This document shows positions 1 to 14,900 of a stretch of 64,000 bases of DNA, one piece after another; positions within the stretch are counted from its first letter, which is position 1, and the number at the start of each line of letters is the position of its first letter. The notes under the pieces are model-generated. The model was not told where the DNA came from. It ran no database searches and was given only the letters and a program-made list of their open reading frames with translations. The stretch comes from Chrysomallon squamiferum. Its lineage: Eukaryota; Animalia; Mollusca. The DNA lies in NCBI GenBank assembly GCA_012295275.1, contig CM022670.1:31992001-32056000 (forward strand), written 5' to 3'. A program made the translations under genes and the position numbers.

Positions 1-3000
1 TGAATTTTATATATTGTTTTTAAAAAAGTATTTTTTACTTTAGTTAAAAAATATCACTCTTTTTCTACAATAAAAGAAATGCCTGTGTACAAATTATTGG
101 TATGCTTTTTGACACCTTCATAGAGTTAACTGGAGATTTTTAAGACCTTTACAAATATTTTGTCTAACTAATCTACAAACACAGCAGCCTAATGATAACA
201 TGGACAGAGACCCCTGGACAACTGTGTAGATGAAACTTAAATAGATATAAAAAAAGAAGTAGTACTGAAAAGACTATAAATTTGGTGCCAGAAGAGATGA
301 TTAAATCTGATACACCATTCTCAAGTTGTTAATAAAATACTGAAATGTACTCTGTATAACAACTTTATGACAACTTGTCATCTAATTTGCCAAACTAGAG
401 AAGATAAGTGATAAGATGAATTTGGCTAGATTTTACTATATATTATAATTAGCAGCTTGTTCAGATGAAAACTAAAAGAAGTGGCTGAGAGATATGAAGA
501 TGTGGGTTTAGGATTCCATTATTAACTAGTAACTGAAACACACATAGTAGGCAACCACACTTAAAACAGCCATTATTTCATGTAATTTTACACCTGCTTA
601 ATATTCAGTATTAATTTACTACCTTCTCAGAAAGTTCGATTACAAGCCAAGAAACAGTATTAATTAGGAAGGAACCTTGCAATTTTACTACAAAATATTT
701 CTTTACAACTAACACATTATCTCTTGTAGCAAATTGTTTCAATTTGAGATAATTAGCAGAAGGACATCTGTAAATTCAATTACCAATGAAGCTGTTAAAA
801 CCTGCCTCTCCCTGGCATGTATTGTCAATCATTAGAAATACTGAATGTCTACTTATTTCCAAGACATGCACTTGTTTTGTATTCTAGGAAACATGTCTGT
901 TTCACCCCATGATACATATCTTATCTAGAATACAACATTTTTTTTTTTCTTAAACATATAGGGACATACATACAAACTGCTGATGTCAGTGTAAACATGC
1001 AAAATAATTATACCATCAATATCCATTCCAGCTTCAGATTTTCAGTATAATCTGATCATTAAATGAAGATTCTAACACAGTCTCTAAAACATAACAACTT
1101 TGAAAAAGATGCCTGATTCTCAGGTTTATGAATTAAATCTACATTCCTGAATATGGTAATCTAGCCATGGTTGTTCAACCTGTAGTGTGAATTAATTCAC
1201 TGTGCCAGTTTCATTAAAACTGTTACATAAACATCACTCCTATATGGCAACAGGTGTATACCACCCCCACATGATCACTGAGAAATAAGTATGTTAATGG
1301 ATGGATTATATACTCAGTGTTAAATAAATTTCAAAAATGAACTTCATTACAACAATGAGATGATATCTTAATTACATACTGAATATGATTCTTATTATTG
1401 TTACTGCTTTAGATTTTTATTATGAATTCAAAAAGAATAGCTTAAAAAAACTTAAAAAATAGACACCAACTGTGAACCATTTCTGCTTCAAAAACAGAAT
1501 TTGTTGGGAAGAAAAAACGAAATGACTAATTCTTTTCAACAAGGGAAAATTACTAGTCTGTACATAATTTTATTTTTCAAGCACACCAAGCCCACACAAT
1601 GTTACAACATCGAACTCTTGGACAATTGTATATACTGGCAAATCAATAATCCTGTTTTGTGAGCATCTGCAAAACAATGGTAAAAATTGTCCAGTGCTTG
1701 AAAGAACTTTCTAGTTTCAACTTGTCTGTTTCTTGTCCCTGTGGCATCTTCATCACTGCCAATATGCCAAAATAATGATATTTACACTGGGAATAATCTG
1801 ACAGTGTTACAGTTATTGTAAGCACGTTGTTTACACCAACAACTGGGGTCTTCAGAGACTGGCTCCATCAGGTTGTGAAACATGACACAGAATTTCAAAT
1901 CCCAGATGACAAAATATCTACCTGAACACCAAATATTCATGAACCCATTCAACCTGTAGAGTTGTATGTGAATAACTAGGCCAATTCACTTTCATGGACA
2001 AGTTTACTTTGATGTTAATGTCAATTACACTGTTAAATGTAAATGCCATTATCTCACTTGTATCATCCATTCTGTACACATTTCAGTAATTGATGGCAAC
2101 AATTAATTCTCTGTTATTGCATTTAAATTCTAAACCAACACCGAAGCATTGTTAATACATTAGACACACACACATTTTAAAACAAAACTATGGATGTAAT
2201 CACTCATCTCAAAGAAGGTAGACAGTAAAAAAAAGTCTGTCCACAGTAATCTGAGACTGGTATTAACTTAAACATTTAAATTGCTGCCATTCAATTTTAA
2301 GTAACATCGACCACTAGCTAGCTGTGTTGGATATGGGATATCTTATTAACTACAGGTTAGCAGCAGGGGAATGAAATAATTCCATATTTTTATTTGCTCC
2401 TCTCTGTACTGTGTAATTAAACTTAACATCATGACATTGGATCAGATAATATAAATGTTGCTTTATCTGCACCAACTCAAACTGATTAATTTTTTTATAT
2501 ATAGAGAAATGAAATTTTCTGCATATACTTTTTTAAAGAATTGTTGCTTTTTGATAAATATTTATACTATACATAAACATTTTGGTAAGGATCAATAGTT
2601 TAATAAACAACAGTTTAAAATCAACAATTTAAAAAAAAAATACAGTAAGATATATTTTACTAGTAACAGTAAATTAAAAAAAAAAAAAAATTAATACTTA
2701 TATAATTACTATTGTGTTCTGACAGATAAAAATGCAAATAAGTGTTTAAACTACTGAAAATAAAAATACATATGAAATAATTTTGTTTATTATAATTATA
2801 ATTATTATTATTTATGCTTTTCAGAATTGTCTCTCAACATTAAAACCTTAACATTTTAATAAATATACAAGAGATCCTTACCAAAATGTTACTACAAATC
2901 CACCCTTTCATAAAACATCCCAGAGGACAGCAATCCATCTCAAGTGAGAAATGGATTAAAATGCAAGTCTCATTTCTAAAGAGATCACTGTGATACTCTC

Positions 3001-3456
3001 CATTGTTGTGCCTTTCATCAATACAATCAAAGATTAGAGCTGACAGTCAAAGACAGCCATTAGCACAGACCCATCTTGCAGGATTAGGTGTCTGCCAGTA
3101 TCATGAATTATTAAATACTGTCCAAAAATGCATGCATCATGCCAGTATAATTAACCCAGACTATGGCCTATTGCACTCTTTTTACAATCTGTCAACAGTG
3201 TTACAAAAATTGATGATGAGCACTGTTTCTTGAGTCATTGTTAGTTTTAGCATTGTTCACAAACTGTAACTGTCAAAGAGGTTAAGCTACTTTTTGTTTT
3301 TCTGAAGTTTTTGGATGACAAATAATACCATCAAAAAGTGTTGTATTTGAAAATTATAAAATATTTAGTTAATTTGTCTGAGACAAACTACTGTTCAGGT
3401 TTCTGTTTTGGTGTTCTAACTGGTTTATGTTCAGTATTTTAAAAATGAAATCAACA

Positions 3457-3755
3457 GGATGAGTGTAGCTCAGTAGTTAAACTACTGGACTCACAGGTCT
3501 CATGATTCCTATTTCTTTAGTGCATTCACTGGCCTATTTTACATTCCAAACCATGCTCAACAAATGGTCTATCAAAGGTTGTTTTGTGTGTTTTCCTGAC
3601 TGTAGGAAGATATACATAGAGGATTCATATACCATATCAGCAGCTAGTGGTTTTTATTTCATTATTTTGAATGGCTCTTAACCATTCAAGTGATGCAATG
3701 TAATGCAAAATAATCACAGAGCACAAATGTACTGAATAAATCTTTAAAGGAAATA
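3457..3755 (+). mobile_element. Degenerate tRNA-derived SINE copy
   Basis: A-box-like head GTAGCTCAGTAGTTAA, then blocks resembling other copies in the window (TCAAAGGTTGTTTTGTGTG, CTTAACCAT, AATAAA-rich tail). Confidence 0.5.
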
Positions 3756-5055
3756 TTTCTTTCTTCTTTTAAGAAGAATGATTAACTGCATTTTTTAAAG
3801 TACATTAATATTTTTTTTCTTATGCCTTTCCTGAAGGAAATGAAATGCTAATCTACATATAGTGTATGGATTTGTTATTTTTACTTCCATGTTCAATTCT
3901 GTAAATGCACTCTGTAAAAGAGAAACAAAAAAATTCTTATTTTCACTTTAATCTATTTGTCTCTGACATTTCTTGTGGAAATACTTCATTTTAGTCAATA
4001 CTTTTTAATCAACACTGTGGACAGGCTGGGACTTTTCATTCAGCAGAAATACTATAAATCACAGCAATTGACTGGTTCTGCGGTTGTTACAGATGTGCAG
4101 TGATGATGGGAAAAATATACAAAGTTTAGTTTACAAACACCCACCCATTCACCACCCATCCAAACACCAGCAGTAATAGGAACATAGGCATTATTTCCTT
4201 GTAACAATATGGATAAACTGTGGCCCAGAGTTAAAGCACTGGCATGAGGCATAATTGGTCACCAAGTTCAGTTTTACTTTAGCCTCTCAGCTGGCATATC
4301 CTGTTCAAACCTGTACTCTATGACTGATTTATTGAATATTGCAATATTTACTTTCCTGTCTATGGTAAGTACAAATAACTTATCTCTTACTGCTAATTAA
4401 TAAGATAATCGTGGAATAGCAGTAGCTAGTTTCCTCTCTCATAACATAATTACACAAAAGTCAGGATTGATATTTCTTAATTATTTTAATGTGAAAATTT
4501 GTTGAGATGTCATTTAAAATTTATTATTTTAAAAATATCTTCTGTTCTATACATTTTAAAAGTAGATATCACAATGTTTAACTTAACAACATTATTTATT
4601 ATTATTAAACTTCTAAATTCAAGTTCATTTATATCAGTTTATTTACCTTTTTTTGGTTTATAAATGTGGTTGGATATTAGTGTGATAATGAATATATTAT
4701 TAATTCCATATGTACAATTCTTTTTTTCCAAATGTATCTGCATTGCAATTTTTCATGAACAGATGAACAGTTCATTAATGGTATTTTTTCTTCTTTTTTT
4801 TTTTTTTTTTTTTGTATTTTTGTTGTCATGTTTGTTTAGGATTTCAGAAGCAACAGATTTGAATGGAAAATACATAAAAACTCTGCTGGTAAATCCTGTT
4901 TACACTCACTTAACAAGTAATGGTTTAAGTCCTTCAGACAAATATCAAATTAGCTTCTAATATCTTCCTCCTGAAAGAATTCACATTTGAGTTTATTTTC
5001 TACAATCATTGTTTAACACATTGAACATGTAAAAACATAAAAACACCAAAGGTAC

Positions 5056-5058
<3 letters not shown>

Positions 5059-5112
<54 letters not shown>
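5059..5112. repeat. (CA)n microsatellite
   Basis: Direct observation. Confidence 0.95.
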
Positions 5113-5115
<3 letters not shown>

Positions 5116-5214
5116 CGCACACACATGCATGCACTCACATACACACACATATTTGCAAAAGACAAGGAGCAGGCTGAAACACATCTGATCAGTCCTTCAC
5201 ATTGCCCCTGCTGA

Positions 5215-5450
5215 ACTGTTTCACAATCCAGCCAGTGTCCCTTGACTGATTTACAAAAGACTATGGTGTGTTAACTTGGTGTTAATCAATAACAAGATCT
5301 CATGATAATGATGTTGCAGCAGTACATATTTTTTCTCATATCCTTATTATATAATAAATTCATTTTCCATTCAAAATCAGTATGATTTTATCACATAAAA
5401 ACCATTAAATTTGAAGTATGTTTAGTATGTTATCAAATTTCCATTCATTC
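5215..5450 (+). mobile_element. Degenerate SINE body fragment
   Basis: TCCAGCCAGTGTCCCTTGACTG...AAAGACTATGGTGTG resembles the central block of the copies at 53.2 kb (reverse strand) and 22.0 kb. Confidence 0.4.
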
Positions 5451-6114
5451 ATCGATTCAGATACAAAAACCGAATACAGTGATATTGGAATCTTATTCAT
5501 GTTAAAAGGTTATCATGTACACCAACACTTATTCATATTGCATTTCATTTTATTTTAAAATTCAAGTAAGTTCTTTTGTCATCTTTAAACACTAGTTACT
5601 TTCAAATCGAGATGGCCAGGTCATCACAGAGACAACTGTGGAGGCTAATAAGCTTGGGATTACCAAGGTCAAGTGTAATCTGTCATACAAAATAATCCCA
5701 TATGATATCACAAGCTGACACAGCAGTAAGATAAACACGATATATCAACACAAAGTAATAAGTCTTTCCATGCTTGTGATACACACATACATACAATATC
5801 TCAGTCAGTATCTCATATCTCACCATACAAGTATTTGTAATGTAGGATCAATGTTGTTTTAGTATTGATTCATCTGGAATTAACTTATTAAATATAACAG
5901 AATATAAATGCTAAAGCAAAAATATAATTAATTTTAAATTATGTTCTTATTAATTCTTATTCAAGGGATATCAATGTTCACATGTAAATATACCATTTTC
6001 TCTGTAGTTTCTCAGCCTTCAACCCATATCCATGAGACATTGTGCTTGGATCATAGAAACGAATAAAAGAACAATGTGTTTCAACTATGTCACATAGGAA
6101 TTTTCTGAGCTAAA

Positions 6115-6260
6115 CAAAAATTTATGTTAATGACACACTTAACTCTATGCTATTAAATATTGTACATAATATGGTTAAGGACCATATATAATTAAGAGAA
6201 GAAATCTAGTGATATTGTTATTGGCTTTTTTTTATTTTTTATTTTTTTTATTAGCAGGTC
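6115..6260 (-). mobile_element. Degenerate SINE 3' fragment
   Basis: GTTAATGACACACT...ATATGGTTAAGGACCA...TTAGCAG is the reverse complement of the tail blocks (CTTAACCAT, GTTAAATAAAA) seen in plus-strand copies. Confidence 0.45.
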
Positions 6261-9200
6261 TTGCTTGATAATTATGTTATATAATTAATCCTTCTTTATC
6301 CATACACTATCATTTTTCTCTTCCTAATGTAGAATTATGTGTCAAAGAGCAAGGTGTTATGTCCTGTCTTACTGAATATGCACAGAATGGTTTTTATCAA
6401 GTAATCACAAAAACACAGATATGCCTGTCTGATTTAATTTAATAGAACCAGTCTACTTCTGGTTAAACCAATGACTATCTGAAAGTAGCCATACTTCAAA
6501 ATGCATATATTCATTATCCAGTATGTTACATTTTTAATGTAGAATTTGCCTGAACAGTATTGTTGGAAGTAAATGTCTTATGTTGATTAACCTTTTTTGT
6601 TGATTAAATGTTTAATATTGGATGATTACTTAAAGCAAAGTTAATATAGATTTTTTTAGTCATTGTATTAGCATTTATATTATGATTTATTTATTTATTT
6701 ATTTATTTTTTTTAATGGTATAATACACTGTTAGAAGATGATATAGAATGACGTTACAGTGCTATTTTTAAATCTGCTTAAATATATATATATATGAAAA
6801 ATGTTAATTCTGTTTCTTGTAATTCAATTTACTTCAGATAAAATTATATTTTGTATCCCTGGCCATGAATACTTGAAATAACAGACACGTTTTATTCAAA
6901 CTGTTTTATGTAGATTTTTAAGAAGTGAATGCTCTAATTTAATTACTGTAATCCCTCTGACAATCCTCTTATTTGTGTACTTCTGCTGTATGACAGAAAC
7001 AATTTACCATCTACATACAACATTTTATTGGAAGAATCTATCAATACAGATTAAACAATAGATACTACTGGGTACACAACTAGTTCTAATATCTTGAATT
7101 AATAATGTTTTAAGATAAATACTACCAGCCACATGACTAGTTCCAGCATACTAAATAAATAATGCTTATAGATAAAAACAATCACAGTGGAAACTGTTGT
7201 CTGTAAAAAAATAAAAATAAAAAATAACAACAAGAAAGCCATTCCCTAGATATAATAAACATTTAAAAAATAGAAGAATAACAAGAGAAAAAATGTATTG
7301 TTGATTACCATACAGTATATTTCTGTAGTAAATATCTATGTAACAATTCACATAATGTTAATTATTAATGCACCATTTGTCATATTTCTGATAACACTGG
7401 CATTGTTTGGATATGCAAATATCTTCCATACGAGACAGGAGGAAAACAGCCAGATAGTGTGCAAATTCAAAGCTTTGTTTTGAATGATGCATGACAGTCC
7501 TGTGTGTATCATCAGCACTATTTTCACCACAGGTAACTTATTACATTTAAAAATTAGTTATTAACAGATTTCATATATTCTTTGTATGTAAGTGGATGCT
7601 TTTCCTAATAAATAAAAGCCTTTGTTATGACAAATATATTGGAATTGAAATGGTGTCGTTCCATTAAAAACATTTTACATTAACAAAATGTGTGCCATAG
7701 TATCATCATGTGATTCTTAGTACATTTAATATATTAAAAGGTAACTGAATTAATTTAATATATTAAAAGAAAACTGAATTTAATTTGTTTTTTTATACCT
7801 TTCCTGGTATTAAACAAAGAAATATTTTCAGAGTCTTTTACAATATTAAAAACATCCCTAGGTACCTGGATAGAGAGAAAATGTATGTGACTCTTAGAAC
7901 ATTTAATATACTAGGAAATAAATTATTTTAATTAATTTGATCTTCATAAACAGCACATAAAATTCCTGGTCTGAATCAGGCAACAACAAAATAAATGTGC
8001 ATTGATTGTGATTAATGAATAACTGGCAAGTATTATTGTGATTTATTTATTTATTTATTTGCAAACTTATAATATGTTAATTATTACAAATATTTTATGT
8101 TTATTTGTTTTCATCAGCCTGTAGTATATTGTTGGTTTTTGACCCTCAATCTTTGATCAGTGACTGATCTTTTGGCCATTTCCAATTCTGGGCTCATTCT
8201 GCTCACAAACATATTTAATTAGGCTATTGCATCACATTTTATAATTTCTAATACCACTCAAAGATTTCTGGAAATATTAGTTTCACCTTGGGAAGATTTC
8301 CTCAAAAGTCCTCACTTTACATTTCAGAGACTGTACACCAAGCTGGTGATCGACAAACAACAACATTGCCAGATGAAGTTCTTCTTAATAAGAGATCAAT
8401 CAATAATTGGAGTATTCTCCTAGACATAATTATCAATGCCTCGTAAACAGCAGTTATATTATGAGAATGTTCATTTTATGGCTGATGATATTTAATGATT
8501 GATACTAAAAATTAAAAACAATCTATTCCAACAAAAGAAAAATTAAGCTAAGCTTTTTGTCTGTCTGTTTGTTTGTTTGTTTGATGTGATATCTGACTGA
8601 GTACTGAAAATTAAAACTTGAATAAAATTGTATCTGCTATACTTTTAGAATAAAACAATTCTACCAGAGAGGTACTCAACATGGATTTGGAAAAGAAAGC
8701 ATTATCAACACCAAATGAAATAAATGGTATGACACATCTAATAGCCTTTTAAAATGCTAAACATTAGCATCTATTAATTATTGGAAAACAAAAAAAGCCA
8801 AGGAATTTTTTATTTTTTTTAACAAAACACAGAACCTTTTTTCTTAATGTACAGACATATCAGCACAAACATAGGTGATCAGTTTTAAAATCTGTTATAC
8901 CTCAGATGCTTAATTTACCACTGAAACAGATCCAAGTTCTGTCAAAACATTAAACCTTCTAATGAACAATATAAATGTTTTCAATCTCTTTCAGGAACAT
9001 TAATTCCCCTTAGGAAATAATGCCGCATTTTCTGTGAAAAATTCCAATAAAAATTCCAATAAGAAGCCAGAGAATGACCTCCTTAAGAAGTCCAATGAAA
9101 AGCAAGTATTTCCTTTTCAGATGACAATGAAAAATGTGGTTTGGTTAATTGGGGATGATTTTCTTGATGTCACATGCAGACAGACTTGGTGGTGGTGACG

Positions 9201-10250
9201 GTGGGGGGGAGCAATAGTGGACCAATATTGCGATGACTCATACAGCATTCATTTCATTTTGGCTGGCACCAGTCTAGCATTGAATAAAGAATGAAGTGCT
9301 TCGCTCTAGGAACAACAACGAAGTGTGTAGCACTGATCGATGACTTGGTTTCATTACTCGGCTGGTTCCAGCAAACTTGACCAAATATGTTGTAACCAAT
9401 TCAATGACATGCTTGGGAAGGGAAAAGTGATTTTGCGTTCCTATTTGAAAGGATATGCCTCACGTGATTCAGTTTTCATTTCATGGTTGTGGCCATTTAA
9501 AACATTACTGAACAAATATTTAGTGTGGTAGCCCAATCATGAAGGAACCCAGGAGTGGTCAATATCATTGAAACATCAATAAGATTGTATACTAAATTGT
9601 AACTGATCATTGTGTTTAGGCTAAACCTAAATGCTGCAAACCAGTAGAGATTTACATTTAAAAGCAACCATCAAGAAACAAAATTATAATAAGCAATGTA
9701 CTTAGTGTAGTAAATATCAAGTAATACTGCTGAATAGCCAGTTTACAGTTAACAAACATTTGCAAGTCATTTAGAGGCATGTTAATCATAAGCATATATA
9801 ATTCTGGCATCCTACCGTCAACATCTCAGACACAATCTAGAGTGACACAGTAATTATCATTAAATAAGCATAATTTTTGTCCTATGTATATCAATAGTTA
9901 TATTATGAATCATTATGTGTGTACACCAGTATTCAAAAGCTTATTTAGTCTATGCTATTGCAGAGTGTTACTTTCAATATCTAGAGTATTCTATCCAAAA
10001 ATCCTTGTTCTAGATATATCATTCTTTTTCTGTATATACATGTATATCACTAGCCCAACTACGTACGTATTTCAATAGTCAGTCAATAAATAAAAACTTC
10101 AGTATTCAGTAGCCTATTTAGTCTGTGCAGCTGACATACCTAACCTTCAGAAAAGACTATGCTAGTAATGCCCAGTAATGCTTATTCTATATGACATCAT
10201 TATGGTTAATGTATTATAATGTAAAACAGTCTTAACTTGAGGTGTCTTAC

Positions 10251-10379
10251 CTTCAATGTCTCATAGAGACGCACTATGTTAGGGTGACGCAACTGCCCAA
10301 GAATCCTTGCCTCTCTATGGAGGTTTTGTTTCAGGTAGTCCTCCTTGATTTTCCTTGTGTCTATAATTTTGACGGCAAC
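10251..10379 (-). CDS. AMPK-related (HUNK/MARK-like) Ser/Thr kinase, coding exon 2
   Basis: 129 nt, phase 0/0, flanked by TTCTAG and GTAAGA. Translates VAVKIIDTRKIKEDYLKQNLHREARILGQLRHPNIVRLYETLK: VAxK lysine, alphaC glutamate and HPNIV motif (kinase subdomains II-IV). Joins in frame to the exon at 19518-19628. Confidence 0.93.
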
Positions 10380-11064
10380 CTAGAAGTAAGCAAAAATATC
10401 ACACATTAACTTCAAAATATTGGTGTTGGCATAAGTTAATATTTAAGCACAACAATTTTAAATATTAGTTAATGAATACAAAAAAAAATATTCAAATGGA
10501 AAAAAGAAATTTGTGAAGTACAGCATATTATGAGCTAATTTTCTTTATGTAATTATTAACTACCGTGTTACACTTTGATTATTTTTCCTTTGGATTGTTT
10601 TTTTTACCCAAAACAAAAAGAAATGAGGTATCAGTTTATCAAATAAAAAGTTAATCATTAAAAACAGTATTGGAATTTCAATCATATTAAGCAAAAATGA
10701 AATGACAGCAACCATATCAGTATAAAAATTAATCCAATCAGTTTAATGACAACAACAAATGAAGTACATAAAAAGCATACGACCCATCATAACTTATTTC
10801 ATTAATTAAATTTCAAATTAAACTGTACACTTTGTAAGCAGTCATTTTTTAAAATTAATTGATGAAAGCAATCAGTTTAATGACAGAGGTATTGCAAAAA
10901 CATGATCTGTTATGACAGACATCAATAATTACACTACCAGCTAAAAACATCTCTTAAGCAATCAATGTATTAATTACAGATTTAAAAAAACAAAATAAAA
11001 CATTGACCCATCAATATTTATTTCAGTAATTAAATCACAGCAATAAATACGATGTCTCCGTATA

Positions 11065-11065
<1 letters not shown>

Positions 11066-11102
<37 letters not shown>
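11066..11102. repeat. (CA)n microsatellite
   Basis: Direct observation. Confidence 0.95.
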
Positions 11103-11105
<3 letters not shown>

Positions 11106-11889
11106 GGATTTTTGTTGTTGTTTTTTGTTTACAGATCCCAGCAGATCTATTTATAAATTCTCTTGTTAGATTGCATCTCAGTTTCAATGGGTTTCTCTCA
11201 TGTTTAATTCACAGATATCCTGCCAACTGCAGTGAGTCACTGTAGACAGATATTTGCATCTGGTATCATCATTTTAATTTATTCTTCTTTTTCACAAATT
11301 AATTTACTTTTTTATGTTCATTTGCAGCATATTTCATTGACATTTTCAAAAGGATAACAAAAATAAATGGGAAGACTTTTTTTATATATTTTTGTTATCT
11401 CTCATGCACTCTGTTTCAACAGACAGTCCTCAAACACAAACAGTAACACACATACACACATAATCACTTAAATCTAATTTGCAAAAAAACTAATTTCAAT
11501 CACAAAATAGATTTTAAAAGATGGAATTCTTATACATGTAACAGATAAATAAAAAACAGATATACACATATATACACATATACCCACATGTATGTACATT
11601 CATCCAGATGTACCCATACCTGCCCAAGCACACATTCAGACACACACACGCGTACACTCACAAACAGAAACACATGCTTGCATGCACAACACAGAAATTT
11701 AATTAAAACTATGTCTTCATTCCCGGACTAATGTACAACGTAAATCAATAGTAATAAATTAGAAATAAAAATCCAGATCAGTAATTTCCATTCAGAAACC
11801 ATTTTGAATTTAGTATTTCATTGTGGATGTGATAACTCTTACATTTCATCTATACTAATCCTATAATTCACTTAAAGTATTTCCACATT

Positions 11890-11985
11890 AATTTGAATTG
11901 TGTATTTTTTTCACCATTTTCATTTTATAAGTGGAATTTGAATTGATCTTTTTTTTTCACCATTTTCATTTTTTAAGTGGAATTT
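11890..11985. repeat. Tandem duplication of a ~45 nt unit
   Basis: AATTTGAATTG...TTTTCACCATTTTCATTTT(A/T)TAAGTGG occurs twice head-to-tail. Confidence 0.85.
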
Positions 11986-14900
11986 AAAATAAATCTGCAA
12001 TATTTAATGGAATTGCATATTTAAATCTTGATTTTCTAACTATTCTTTCACTGTTTTCATACAATTCTTTTCACTGAAACCTATTTTATAAGAACAGTAT
12101 ATTTCTTTCAGCTGTAGTGATTCAAATGTGCATGAACACAACATATACAAAATAAATACAAATAGCCTTTTTTCTGCTAAACACCAGCTGATCTCAGACC
12201 ATTCATTTATTATTGTAACTCAGTTACAAATACTCATTCATGTAATTTAGATATCAGAAGACTGTGTATGCTTTTGTACATCTGCAACATTAGATTCAGT
12301 GTTAATAATCAGTTTCCAATGTAATCATCAGAACATTTTCATTTGTCAAAGGCAGTTTTGAATTTGACATTTTATACTAACATTATAACATTCAAAAACA
12401 CCATGTTGTATCATGATGAGTTGTTTACTTGTTTTTTGTGTGTGTGTGCCTATATATATATATATATATATATATTAAATAAAGACACTAATTGTTTTCA
12501 TTATTTTCTTACAAATGAGGTATTTTTTTTTTAACCTTAGCACTTGATAATTTTAATCTTCTTCAGAATAACTTTTGCCATCATCATAAACAAATCACAA
12601 TTATGTAAGAAGATTATTTACAATCTGATTTTATTAAAATCTGTAACAAATTCTTCACCTTGAGTTATCTTCAGTTTCTATTTTTATTTTTCTCTCATTT
12701 CCTAAGCCAAAATGGCCAAAAATGGAAGAAGAAATGTTTTATTTTGTTCTGCCTATCAGTTATCCCTGTTCATCATCAAAACAAACTACATTATCTGCTG
12801 AGCGCAAAATTTGGGAGTGGGTTGACATAAATGGAAATCAATACACTTATAAGTGAGGAGACTGGACACCAACAACAGTTTTCTTCATAATGATTTGTTA
12901 CTCTGTCATGAGAAACCTGACAAGAGTCAAGAGTACACTGGTGTGTTTTGTGTTTTCTCACCAGTACTTTACAGTCAACTACCAACAGCTGAAAGGGAAT
13001 TGGTTATCTACATTTTCATCATTGAAATGAAAAAACTAAAATGAACAAAAAGGATTATTCAAGGGTCAGCCTATATCTATTTAATATTAATTATGTATAT
13101 TTTTTTACTACTTTTTTATTAGAATTTTTAAATAATATATCAGACTTCTGATATACTGATTAATATGAGAAAATACTTTATGCTGATTAATTACATAATA
13201 AATATATAATATTTTTTCTCTATTAAGTCTGTTATTAAACTATACCACTCAACTATTGGTTTATAAAGAAGAAAATAAAGTTATATGAAAGTAAATTAAA
13301 TTTAAAAAAATAAACTGTAGTATTTGGTATACTGGTATCAAACAGAATTCATTTGTCTGGCTACTTCTTTGGTGGATTAGAGTAACAAATTATAGATGTT
13401 TTAAATGTTCTTTCCTGTGAAGTTTAATCAATGTGCCAGTGATATCAAGAGAGAAAAAAGATCAAATGATGTATGACCAATCAAAATTAAACAGTTAATG
13501 TTACAAAATAAAATTATATACTAGCTTGATTCTGATTTTAATAAACTGCAAAGGCCTGGTCATTTTTATCTTTTTTCTCATTTACTAAGTTAAAATTCAC
13601 CAAAACTTTTAAAATATATTTTTTTCTCATCCACATTTCAGTATCTTTATTAAAACAAATTCTTATGTTTGACAAAAATTAAAAAATAAACATGTTAATT
13701 ATTTTCATAAACATGCAATAAATAATAACATGTATATAAGAAAACTGAAAAGAAACACCGTGCAATACGAGTATACATACCACCAGGCAGACACATCCTG
13801 AGTTTCTTTATCATGTGCTGACAGTGCAAACGAAAGAATAAGGTAATGAACTGAAAATATCAAACAAAAATTGTAATAAAAAAATGAAAAACATTAAACA
13901 CATAAAACAAATAAAAACACAAACATGCACAGGTGCAGTAATTAAGGCTATCACTAGAAAATATAAATAATACAGTAAAGTTTAAAATAAAAGTAAAAAA
14001 TGTTCTTTTAACTAAAATCACTTGGCTGTATCTCATAACATCCAGTAAAGTGCAAAAGATAGTAATTTAATTCACAAACATACACAGACACACACATAGA
14101 AAAATATATACACTTAGACACATCATACATACATACAGAAACTCAAACACACATCCAGAAATTATTCTGAAGAAGTATTTATATAAAAAAAAAAAATTAT
14201 TAAAAAAGAAAAACAGTAAATGAAGTTTAGTTCATTTTGAATTCAAACAAATTACCAGTTTTCAATTTATTTTATGTAGCTGTAAATAAAATTTGAGAAT
14301 AGTTTACTGTGTAGTATTTTCCAATCTGAAAACAGCAATTATAAATAAAAAGTAGCAAATATGTTTACTTTGTTTTCTGTTGAACACATTATCAGATTAA
14401 TATATGTGTGTGCATGCATGTGTAAACATGACATCAAACTATGTTGATTTATCATCTTCATGTTCTTTCTTCTTTTCTTTTTTTTGTTATGTCTGTCTTA
14501 TTTCTTACTAAACTCCAACTCTTATGAAGTAAAGATTTGTTGTCTCATATTTTGCTTCCTTTCAAAAAAAATATTATTTTCCTTCCATTCCTATGGTTTT
14601 CAAGCCTTTTGCTTTATTCTGTTTTAAAAATCTTCTTCAGAATGAAAGCATTTTAAAATATTTAGTAAACAAATATGAAATCAAATCATGATACTAACAA
14701 ATAAGCAGTGAACAGAAACAAAACAAGACTGTATTTTATTGATCTGCTTTGAATAGAATATGACTTCAGTGAACTGTAAAACATATGAATTATGTATATA
14801 TGTTTCTGACACAAATAATTACAGTGCGCTTAATGACTACAAAAGATGCCTCTGTTGATACCATTCAAAGGTAATCTGGATGTGTAGTAATGTACTCATC

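Larger units (their letters stand above)
1..10250 (-). other. Intron following kinase coding exon 2 (gene continues beyond window start)
   Basis: GTAAGA donor directly after exon 10251-10379. I found no further kinase-like exon (subdomain V onward) in 1-10250. The region is CpG-depleted, like a methylated gene body. Confidence 0.65.

Noticed and set aside
3459-3530. tRNA gene
   Set aside because: Only an A-box-like start; no cloverleaf or B-box. Better explained as a decayed SINE head (same for 38158-38225).
1-10250. Search for kinase exon 3 and other coding exons (ORFs at 1643, 3003, 4052, 9340, etc.)
   Set aside because: None translates to kinase subdomains V-VII or any recognisable domain; they are short chance ORFs.
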